A stretch of DNA of 64,000 nucleotides from an uncultured delta proteobacterium. Lineage in GTDB: Bacteria > Desulfobacterota > WTBG01 > CAIYCZ01 > CAIRTM01. The DNA lies in contig CAWDSQ010000007.1 of the NCBI GenBank assembly GCA_963804955.1, positions 64,001 to 128,000 on the forward strand. The letters run 5' to 3'. Positions 40,770 to 49,128 of the stretch are shown piece by piece. Within the stretch, counting starts at the first letter, position 1. Each line of letters opens with the position of its first letter. The notes under the pieces are model-generated. The model was not told the DNA's origin. It did not search any database and worked only from the letters and a program-made list of their open reading frames with translations. The translations under genes were made by a program, and so were the position numbers.

Positions 40770-41588
40770 ATGACTGGCGATACGCTGGGCGGCTCTACAG
40801 AATTTGAAGTCGTAAAAATCAGGGACGGTTCTGCCGAAACTTTCACGCAGGCCGTGGCGACCGAGGTGCCGTGCACAATCGTCATCAACGGCAAAGAGGC
40901 TGTTACCACCCTGATGACGCCCACTCACTTTAAGGAATTTGCCGTGGGGCATCTTTTTACCGCAGGCATTATCACGCGGGCCGAAGACATAGTCAGCTGC
41001 AGCTGCGACGAGATCAGGTGGCGCCTTGATGTGGAGACGCGGCGCGAGGTTGATCTTGATCTTTTAGGCAAGCGGGTCTACACCAGCGGCTGCGGCAAAG
41101 GGGTCATGTATGCCAATGTCATCGAGCTTTCGTCGCGCCACCCGCTGCCTTCAGGGTTCACGGTGCAGGCAGGCCATCTGAAAGCGGCCATACAGTGGCT
41201 CCTGTCAAGCTCGACACTTTTCCAGGCGACCCGCGGCGTGCACTCCGTGGCGCTGGGCCTGGGTGGCGCGCTGCCTGACATGCTTATCGACGATATCGGC
41301 CGCCACAATGCCGTAGACAAAATTATCGGGTACGGCCTGCTGCACGGCCTTGATTTTTCGCGCAGCATACTGCTCAGCACCGGCAGGACCTCCTCGGAGA
41401 TACTGCACAAGGCAAAGCGGGCGGAGATACCCATAGTGCTCTCACGCGGAGCGCCGACACACCAGACAATTCTTCTCTCGCGAGACATGGGCGTTACGGT
41501 AGCCGGCTTCAAACGGTCGGGAGACATTGTCGTCTACTCAAACTGGCAGCGTGTGCTTACCGATAGCGGCATCCCTTCAATGGAATGA
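40770..41588 (+). CDS. fdhD: Formate dehydrogenase accessory sulfurtransferase
   Basis: YTSGCG, TRGVHS, DIGRHNAVDKIIG, STGRTSSEI. Confidence 0.93.
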   Translation: MTGDTLGGSTEFEVVKIRDGSAETFTQAVATEVPCTIVINGKEAVTTLMTPTHFKEFAVGHLFTAGIITRAEDIVSCSCDEIRWRLDVETRREVDLDLLGKRVYTSGCGKGVMYANVIELSSRHPLPSGFTVQAGHLKAAIQWLLSSSTLFQATRGVHSVALGLGGALPDMLIDDIGRHNAVDKIIGYGLLHGLDFSRSILLSTGRTSSEILHKAKRAEIPIVLSRGAPTHQTILLSRDMGVTVAGFKRSGDIVVYSNWQRVLTDSGIPSME

Positions 41589-41703
41589 ATAAAAAATTTT
41601 TGGGTCGGTTCGCTAATTGCCCTGGGGTAAAACGTATACCAACTGATTAGATGGTGCGCGATGCGCACCCTTTCTTTCAAACCCGCAATTCGAGAGGAGC
41701 TTT

Positions 41704-43100
41704 ATGATCGCAACTTTAACATTCATGGGAGCAACAGGCACGGTTACCGGGTCGCGGTATCTTCTGAAAGCCGAAGGTAAAAAATACCTCATCGACTGCG
41801 GCCTGTTTCAGGGCTTGAAAGAAATACGGCAGCGCAACTGGGAACCCTTCCCTGTGCCGCCAAATGAAATCGACCGTGTACTGCTGACCCATGCCCATAT
41901 TGACCACTGCGGCTTTCTGCCACGCATTGTGCAGCAGGGTTTCAAAGGGCCGGTGCACTGCACCTTTCCCACGGCAGACATCTGCAGCCTCGTCCTCAGA
42001 GACAGCGCCTACCTTCAGGAAGAAGACGCGCGGTACGCAAACAAAAAAGGCTTCTCAAAGCACAAGCCCGCCCTGCCCCTCTATACTGTGCAGGATGCCG
42101 AAGATGCCATCAGCCTCTTTAAACCAGTACACTACGGCCAGGACCTCTTTTCTCAAATACCATGCGCGTCAAATTCAAGGACGCGGGGCATATTCTCGGC
42201 TCATCGTTTATCGACGTGAAGCTCATGCAGGCAGACAAGCCGACCCGCATCCTCTTCAGCGGTGACATCGGCAGCCCCGACCGCCCCATACTGCGCGACC
42301 CCACGCAGGTATTTGAAGTGGACTATCTCGTGCTTGAATCGACCTACGGCGACCGCACCCATGACCACGGCGACGACGCCCGCCGGGACGGGCTGGCCCG
42401 TATTATCAATGAAAGCGTAAAACGCGGCGGCATACTTATCATTCCGTCGTTTGCCGTGGAGCGCTCGCAGGAGCTGCTCTACTATATCCGAGAACTTGAG
42501 GACCAGAAACGCATTCCCGTGCTGCCGGTCTATCTTGATTCGCCCATGGCAGTGTCAGCCACTGAGATCTTTGAAAAATGGAAGCTTGTCTACGATATGG
42601 AAGCACGAATGCAGGAGCTCGACGGCAGGCATATCATGCAGACACAGATGCTGCATGTCGTGCGCGATGCCTCTGAGTCAAAGCTGCTGCACAATGTGAA
42701 GGGCCCGGCCATATTCATTTCCGCCAGCGGCATGCTTGAAGGCGGCCGCATACTGCATCACCTTGAGCACCGCCTTCCCTTCGCGGAAAACACTGTCCTC
42801 TTTGTCGGGTATCAGGCCGAGGGCACGCGCGGCAGGTCGATCCTCAACGGCAGCCCGACCATTAAGATTCACGGGCAGATGATTCCCGTGCACGCCAAAA
42901 TCGAGAATATCACCGGTTTCTCCGGCCATGCCGATTACAAGGAGATCCTTGCCTGGCTCATGGGCTTTAACCGGCCGCCGGTTAAAACCTTTATCGTCCA
43001 CGGTGAGCCTGATGCTGCTCAAGCCATGGCTAAAAACATCAGAACAACACTTGGCTGGGAGGTTGAAATACCGGAGTTCATGCAAACAGTTCAACTGTAG
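41704..43100 (+). CDS. Metallo-beta-lactamase / beta-CASP ribonuclease-like protein; frameshift in T run ~42150
   Basis: GTVTGS, DCGLFQG, THAHIDH, AGHILGS, SGDIG, ESTYGDR, FSGHAD, VHGE. One added T joins the two ORFs. Confidence 0.9.
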
Positions 43101-43121
43101 GAAGATAAAAACAATAATCAG

Positions 43122-43156
43122 AAGGCCGGGCTGCTGCACACAGCCCGGCCTTTTTT
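43122..43156 (+). terminator. Intrinsic terminator
   Basis: AAGGCCGGGCTG-7 nt-CAGCCCGGCCTT plus T run. Confidence 0.8.
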
Positions 43157-43230
43157 ATTGATGCAACTAAATCGTGACACGAACAAAAAACATACATAGC
43201 AGGCTGGAGTAAAACGGCTGCGTTGCCATC

Positions 43231-44106
43231 TCACTTGGCTTTTCGGCGCTCGTACATTTTGCAGATATCCGACAGTGCGGCAGCCATGGCGGGATTTGTC
43301 TTCATAATCTCCACGGTTTCATCAGGAGATTCCAGAAGCTTAAGATAGGCTGCCTCAACGGTATTTGTTTTCATCCGCAGAACCCCGAACAGCATATCGG
43401 CAATATCCACGCCTCTGATATTGGCATAAAAATTAGAGCTGTAATACAAGTCACACATCAGGCACAGCCGGGCTATTGCAGTGCCGGGCTTATGATGCTG
43501 GTGAATATATTTCGGGTTGAGCACATAAATTCTAATTTTTTTGATGCTGTGACAGGTTAAAAAATACATGTACCGGTTAAAATCCTTACCCTCGCCGAAA
43601 ACCTTTTCGGCAAGTTCACGCTGAGCCTTATTGAGGCCGCCGCTCTTAACGTTCTGCCAGTAGTAGCGCGTATCGATTTCAAAATAGGCAAATTCAGGAT
43701 CAAATTCTTTAAGTTTCAGAGAAAAAAGCCTGGTTCTATGCGTATGCCCCGTTTTAACCGAGTCGTAAACTTTTTTTACTTCATCTTTGCTGAGCCGGTA
43801 GTTTTCATTAGCCAGCATCTGCCGGCATGCTTCTTCCAGATTGTTGAAAATGGGGTTTGCTTCACGCCTGCCAAAATACAAAAAACCCTCTTTGCCGAGC
43901 TTTGTTTTTTCAACCGCATACATGCCGAAGTCTGCCGTGAAATAAAAATAATTCAAAAATGCAGGATCCGTGATGTTCTTATAGTCCATAGCCCGCTTGG
44001 CTGCTATGTCGGCAGATGTTGAAATAAAATCAGCATCAAAAAGGGCTGCATCCTTTTGAAATATCCCCCTGTTTTTCTTATTGGTAATAAGTTTAATTAT
44101 ATCCAT
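43231..44106 (-). CDS. Hypothetical protein resembling DPANN-archaeal C-type-lectin-fold (DGR variable protein-like) family
   Basis: Clean 291-aa ORF. Motifs FTADF..LYFGRRE.NPIF.N, YFEIDT, RIYVLNP.Y, AR.C....YSSNFYANIRGVD....FGV. The ORF is solid; the family call is from recalled similarity only. Confidence 0.6.
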   Translation of the reverse strand: MDIIKLITNKKNRGIFQKDAALFDADFISTSADIAAKRAMDYKNITDPAFLNYFYFTADFGMYAVEKTKLGKEGFLYFGRREANPIFNNLEEACRQMLANENYRLSKDEVKKVYDSVKTGHTHRTRLFSLKLKEFDPEFAYFEIDTRYYWQNVKSGGLNKAQRELAEKVFGEGKDFNRYMYFLTCHSIKKIRIYVLNPKYIHQHHKPGTAIARLCLMCDLYYSSNFYANIRGVDIADMLFGVLRMKTNTVEAAYLKLLESPDETVEIMKTNPAMAAALSDICKMYERRKAK

Positions 44107-44145
44107 GTCTTTTCACAAAAAAGCTGTTGTCTGGTTATAGTGCAT

Positions 44146-44234
44146 GGAGGGGTTGCCCAATCGTACCGGGCAGAGGCCAATGCTTGTGATGCCCGAATAA
44201 GGCATGCATCAATGCGCAGGCTAAATCCCCCTCC
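44146..44234 (-). ncRNA. Candidate structured leader RNA (three-way junction)
   Basis: Closing stem GGAGGGG/CCCCTCC encloses a long irregular hairpin (TGATGC..GCATCA) and TGCCCG-GTACGAT-TGGGCA. GC-rich island in an AT-rich leader. Confidence 0.3.
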
Positions 44235-44319
44235 CTCCAAAAAAAACTATTTGATCAACGTATACCGATTTAAGCAATACAACCAATCAACAAATCAATA
44301 TTTACCAGATAATAGTACA

Positions 44320-44337
44320 TTACAAATATTGTGCCAA
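44320..44337 (-). promoter_or_regulatory. Sigma-54-like promoter
   Basis: Minus strand TTGGCACAATATTTGT (-12 GT instead of GC). IHF-like TTTCGATTAGTTA at ~44365 and TGT-N10-ACA at 44408-44423. Confidence 0.5.
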
Positions 44338-44734
44338 TTTGTTTAAATAAATTAATCAAGCATTTTCGATTAGTTAAAAACATGCTGGAGTTAGTAACAA
44401 CTAAAAATGTGTCTCATGATACATAAATGCACAAGCAAAAGCGTATCAAAACCTTACTGTCCCTGTCTGTTTATATAATTGGATGGCCGTAGGGTTGAAG
44501 CTAAAAAAAGAGTGGCAAAGGCAATCGTTGAGGCTCTTAAATACACATCTCCTGCTTAAAAAAGCGGCACAGGCAGCCCAGCGGCGGATTTGGATGTGAT
44601 AGGGGTTTTCGATTTTTTAGTCGAGATCTGCGGAATTAAACTTACTCAATAATTGTGAGGGTAGAAGGTGATTTTATAGCAGCAAAGTTCTTCAACCAAA
44701 TTAAACGGCTTGAGTCTAGCCGGCTCTTCTTTGC

Positions 44735-45271
44735 TCACAACCACCAGAACAGGCATGGCGCCAGGAAAACAAACGAGCCGAGGATGGCTGCCATGTAAAA
44801 AAACAAAAGGGGTATACACACCAGAAACTGCGGAAATAATTCCGGACTAAAAATCATGTTCGGGATCAATAAAACCATATAGCCAAAGATAACAAAGGCC
44901 TTGTGCATATTTTGCTCGAGCAGCATAATCGCTTGATTGCACTGAGCCTCAAATACTTCCACCTGTGCCAATCGATCCTGAACCGCGCGGACCCGCCCGC
45001 GTGCACCATATGCCTGGTCGGCAGTAATATGCATGGCCTGCAGATTTCCGGACCTGATAAGTTGTACGAGATCGCGCAGGCTTTTTTTGGCATCTGCCTG
45101 TAAACTCAGGGCAACATCAGCAGTGCAGGTGGTATCCCGTTCCGCACAGGCGGCATAGGCCTCCAGAAGCGTTATACTGTCAGAGCTGATATCATAAAGC
45201 GTTTTCTCCTGTGCAGGCGATGCAGACGGAAGCGCCAGAACGCACAAAAACAGCAGCATCATTTTTTTCAT
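44735..45271 (-). CDS. Array protein B1: exported helical protein with C-terminal hydrophobic hairpin ending PCLFWWL
   Basis: Signal peptide ending SPA-QEKTL; paralog of 46717-47256; SD AAGGGG. Confidence 0.82.
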   Translation of the reverse strand: MKKMMLLFLCVLALPSASPAQEKTLYDISSDSITLLEAYAACAERDTTCTADVALSLQADAKKSLRDLVQLIRSGNLQAMHITADQAYGARGRVRAVQDRLAQVEVFEAQCNQAIMLLEQNMHKAFVIFGYMVLLIPNMIFSPELFPQFLVCIPLLFFYMAAILGSFVFLAPCLFWWL

Positions 45272-45327
45272 AAATTGTACCCCCTTGAAAACAAGCGATT
45301 GCATTTCGGCTCTTCATCAGTCCAAAA

Positions 45328-46623
45328 TCACATTAATGCAGCCGGAACTGGCAGCAAGGTCACGTTATCTGTAGACCATTGCTCTTTCCAGGCAATCACG
45401 CTGCCATCTTCAGCCAGTGCCGAATACCCGTCTATAAATTCAGAATTGCTATATTCTAAAAAGCCGTGGTTGTCATCCTCACCGGCATCAAAGGCGTTCA
45501 CGGCAATAATGTTGTTAAACTCATGATGAAAAACCAGAACCCCCGAATGCACGCCGCCATACCATTGATAATATCCCCATACAACTATTGACCCATCCTG
45601 CTTCAGCGCAATATTATTGCTGTCTCCCGAAGCAGCCGCTGTTGCCCGAAGCCTTCCTGCGCGAATCGGAAGAGGGACATCCCTCCACCCGGATATATAA
45701 TTTATATGCCTCTGCACGACATTCCCGTCAGACTGCACCGCCACATCGAAATTGCTCCCCAGGGATATTGAAACTGCATCATTAACAGGGGTCATATAGC
45801 TGTGGGGCCATTTCGCTATCGTGCCGTCCGCCTTCACCGCCGCGCATCGACCTTCTCCTGCGCCGATGCTGACCACATCGCTGATAGCGGCAGGAACATG
45901 CATCGGCTCTTCATTCATAAAACCCCACCCGACAAGATTGCCGTCTGCTTTTAAAGCAAGAAAATGATGATAGCCGGCGGCAACCGCCACCACATCAGCA
46001 AGCCCGTCAGGAACAGGAAGCTCCTGAGGGCAGGAAAGCGCATCACATGACCACACCACCACCGTCCCGTTGTCTTTTAGCGCAACGCTGTAGTCATTGC
46101 TTTTTGCTATGGCGGTTACATTTCTGAGCCCCTCAGGGGTTTCTAGTAGTTTGCCGTCTTCAAAGCTCCATTCCACAACCGTACCGTCGGCCTTGAGCGC
46201 AAGGCTGCCATGAGTAGTTGAAGCAAGCGCTATGGCTTTTTCAGTCTTGAAAACCCGGAATTTTTTGGCCACTTCCTTCATTGGCCCTTGTTCAACAGCC
46301 GCAGTAATGGTGATCAATTTCTCGCCTGGATTTTCAGGGTTCACCTGCCCAATCCAGCGCCAGGTGCCGTTATCGGTTGCCAGTAGTTCCTGTTCTGCCT
46401 GGCCGCCGATTTCGCTCAAATCAGCCGTAACCGTAACCGGCGCAAGAGCCTCTGGCGCCTGCCGCCAGATCACCCTCACATCGCAGGTCTGCCCAACCAA
46501 CAGACGCCCCATAAGAAATATGCGATTGCGCTGCATCGAGAGGTCAAGGGGCGGCTTGCATCCTGCCGCTGCAAGCAGCCCTAGTACCGCCAGTCCGATA
46601 CATAATTTTTGTATTTTTTTCAT
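45328..46623 (-). CDS. Array protein A1: lipoprotein with RCC1-like beta-propeller repeats
   Basis: Lipobox LAAAGC; VTVTADLSEIGG domain; repeats ALKADGTVVEW, ALKDNGTVVVW, ALKADGNLVGW, ALKQDGSIVVW. Confidence 0.88.
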   Translation of the reverse strand: MKKIQKLCIGLAVLGLLAAAGCKPPLDLSMQRNRIFLMGRLLVGQTCDVRVIWRQAPEALAPVTVTADLSEIGGQAEQELLATDNGTWRWIGQVNPENPGEKLITITAAVEQGPMKEVAKKFRVFKTEKAIALASTTHGSLALKADGTVVEWSFEDGKLLETPEGLRNVTAIAKSNDYSVALKDNGTVVVWSCDALSCPQELPVPDGLADVVAVAAGYHHFLALKADGNLVGWGFMNEEPMHVPAAISDVVSIGAGEGRCAAVKADGTIAKWPHSYMTPVNDAVSISLGSNFDVAVQSDGNVVQRHINYISGWRDVPLPIRAGRLRATAAASGDSNNIALKQDGSIVVWGYYQWYGGVHSGVLVFHHEFNNIIAVNAFDAGEDDNHGFLEYSNSEFIDGYSALAEDGSVIAWKEQWSTDNVTLLPVPAALM

Positions 46624-46648
46624 TCATTACCCTTTTCAATAATATTCA

Positions 46649-46676
46649 GCAGGGGCATGGCATGCCGTGCCACTAC
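46649..46676. repeat. REP-like palindrome between cassette units
   Basis: Minus strand GTAGTGGCACGGCATGCCATGCCCCTGC. Confidence 0.6.
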
Positions 46677-46716
46677 AACTGATTTACCTCAACCATTCCA
46701 ATACAGCCAATCCCGC

Positions 46717-47256
46717 TCACAGCCACCAGAAAAGGCACGTTGGCGATAAAATAATCGTCATGAGGAAGGACCAAAGGGTTGAGCCTATAAGAACCATAAG
46801 TTCGATCATAAATCTTACAGGGCCTTCATATAAAATAACAAGATAAAGCAACAGGGGGTTCAAAAAGCTCGCCAGATACTGCAAATTACCGAGCAGTTGA
46901 ACAAAATAATGAATTCCCGCATTGCAGCTCTCATCGGCAATTGCAATATGCGCAAGCTGCTCCCGCACAACCCTGGCGCGAACGCTCAGCGCCGAAGCCT
47001 GACCGGGGGTGAGCATTATGCGGCTGCGGTCGCCCGACTTTACCAGCCCCACAAAATCCCGCAGGCCGTTTACAGCTCCTGCCTTTATGGCCAGCATATC
47101 TTCGGAGGTGCAGGCGCTCTCCCGGTCCGCACAGGCTGCGTACGCCTCAACCAGAAAAAACATGTCCTGGCTGATATCGTTGAGTGTTTTTTCCTGTGCC
47201 CGGACTGCGGCAGGCAGCAGCGCGATACATAAGACCAATAGTATGGTTTTTTTCAT
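46717..47256 (-). CDS. Array protein B2 (paralog of B1)
   Basis: AQEKTL.DIS, EAYAACA.R...CT, LRD.V.L..SG, CN, and TCLFWWL; SD GGAGG. Confidence 0.85.
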   Translation of the reverse strand: MKKTILLVLCIALLPAAVRAQEKTLNDISQDMFFLVEAYAACADRESACTSEDMLAIKAGAVNGLRDFVGLVKSGDRSRIMLTPGQASALSVRARVVREQLAHIAIADESCNAGIHYFVQLLGNLQYLASFLNPLLLYLVILYEGPVRFMIELMVLIGSTLWSFLMTIILSPTCLFWWL

Positions 47257-47284
47257 TTCACACCTCCCCTGGGTGCATTCTTTA

Positions 47285-48579
47285 TCATTGTAATTCCTCC
47301 GGCACTGTTAGCTCATGCTGGCCATCCCACCACTCTTCCCATGCCAGAACGCTGCCGTCCGCGGTCAGGGCCATGCTGTTGGGCGGCGTAAAACCGCACA
47401 GGCCATCGGCTATGGCAATTATGTTTGCCAGCCTTTCATGGCTGACATAATACAAACCCGCATACTGGGTCGCGCGCCACCAGAGCATGACCGTGCCGTC
47501 TTCCTGTAGCGCCATCCAGTGACTCCCACCAGCAACTACAGCTTTTGCCCTCAAGTCGCCTGCCCGGCGAGGCAGGCTGTCACCCCGGCCGCCCCACATG
47601 ACTGCGCTGCCATTGTCTGTTAAGGCAAGAGCATTCTCCCACGCATCAATAGCCACCACGTTTTCAAGGCCTTCCGGCGCATCACAATAGTCCTCCGGAT
47701 ACGCCCAGAGATCCTCAGTTCTTACTGCAAGCCATGAAGCTACCGTACCATCGGCTTTCAGCGCATGTGCGCAGGCATTACCCGCCGCCAGTGCAACAAC
47801 ATCGGTGAGCCCTTGCGGTATGTTCAGCCCGAGGCTATCATTATCGCCCCAGGCTGCTACTGTGCCATCAGCTTTCAGCGCAAGGTTATATATGGCTGCG
47901 GCGGCTATGGCTACTATATCCGTAAGATTATCCGGCACATCGAAACTTTCATCACTGCTATTGCCCCATGCCGCTACCGTTCCGTCGGCTTTCAGCGCAA
48001 GGTTATGATAATAACCTGCAGCTATGGCCACAACATTGCCGAGACCTTCAGAGGCATAAAACGCCTCTTGATTCTGATCACATTTCACATACGAACCAGC
48101 CGTCCCGACCTGCCAGTCAACCACGGTGCCGTCAGCTTTCAATGCAAGGCTTTGGGCCGCACCGCAATCAATAGCTACTGCCTTTGCTGCCGCATTATGC
48201 ACCTGCACCTGCTTTTCGCTCGGGTATTCTTCATCATCCGCGTCCAGCGCGGTAATGCGCAGCGTCTTCTCGCCGAACGCCGGGGCGCAACCTTGCCGCT
48301 CCACCGCCAGATGCTTTGGTTATCTGCGGTCAGTTCCTGTGCCGCATCTCCGCCGATTTCACTTAAATCCGCCGTCACCGTTACCGGCACGGGGTCATTA
48401 GCCCCGGCGCGCCAAATCAGGCGCACATCGCAGGCCTGGCCCGACAGAAGCCGGCCGAGCAGAAATATGCGGCTGCGGTGCAACGACAGCGGCTCTTGTG
48501 GCTCAGGTTTTTTACATGCTGTTGCCGCCAGCAGTCCCAGCGCCGCAAAAGATACCAATACTTTTTGTAATGTCTTCAT
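47285..48579 (-). CDS. Array protein A2: RCC1-repeat lipoprotein, 1-bp deletion ~48282
   Basis: Lipobox LAATAC; VTVTADLSEIGG. ORFs 48175-48603 and 47285-48304 join into an A1 paralog ending VPEELQ. Confidence 0.82.
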
Positions 48580-48649
48580 GTATACCCCCGTACAGTTTGT
48601 CATAAAAGCATTTTAAGAGCATCCAGTCGTGTCCCAATGCTGTGCGCCC

Positions 48650-48708
48650 GCTCATAACCACCAGAACAGGCATGGCGCCAGGAAAACAAACGAGCCGAGG
48701 ATGGCTGC
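48650..48708. repeat. 59-bp direct repeat of 44733-44791 (B1 3' end)
   Basis: 58/59 identical by direct comparison; the single difference is a synonymous Leu codon change (TTG/TTA). Confidence 0.92.
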
Positions 48709-48997
48709 TATAATATTTCCCCATTAGCACCTCCTCTGTGTGATTGGATGTGAAAGTATTTTTACACTACATTCTCTGCATGCTCAGACCGTGCTGTGCT
48801 TTGGTCATGCACAATACTGCTCTGAGCCCCTACAGCAAAGATGCCGGTTTCTCTACAACCCTACATGGCAATACAAGCTCCCGGATGCCCACGGGAAGAG
48901 TAATACCAAGCCAACGCATAGGCACAATACATATAGCCCCTATCAATCATGCCACTCTAGCCATTCACGCTCACACATAAAAAAAATCGGGGCACCG

Positions 48998-49068
48998 GAA
49001 CCGCACAGGTCTGCCCTACAAGCAGCCCCAGCGCAACACTACCATCAAATTTTTTATACTGTTTTTAT
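48998..49068 (-). pseudogene. Decayed N-terminal remnant of an A-type lipoprotein gene
   Basis: SD, then ATA-AAA-ACA-GTA-TAA-AAA-ATT, and ALGLL fused directly to VGQTC.V. Confidence 0.55.
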
Positions 49069-49128
49069 GCATTCCCCTTTACACGGGTCCATTCATCATG
49101 AATACAATGCGCCGGGCCCCCGCCGCTT

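Noticed and set aside
42140..42165. Programmed ribosomal frameshift in the beta-CASP gene (and other split genes)
   Set aside because: No canonical slippery heptamer with stimulatory structure; the window-wide indel pattern is a simpler explanation.
44136..44210. 24-aa His-rich leader peptide MHALFGHHKHW...
   Set aside because: The SD-like sequence is about 17 nt from the ATG and no attenuator terminator follows.
44146..44234. tRNA gene
   Set aside because: No D arm, no canonical T loop register and no clear anticodon arm; kept only as a candidate structured RNA.
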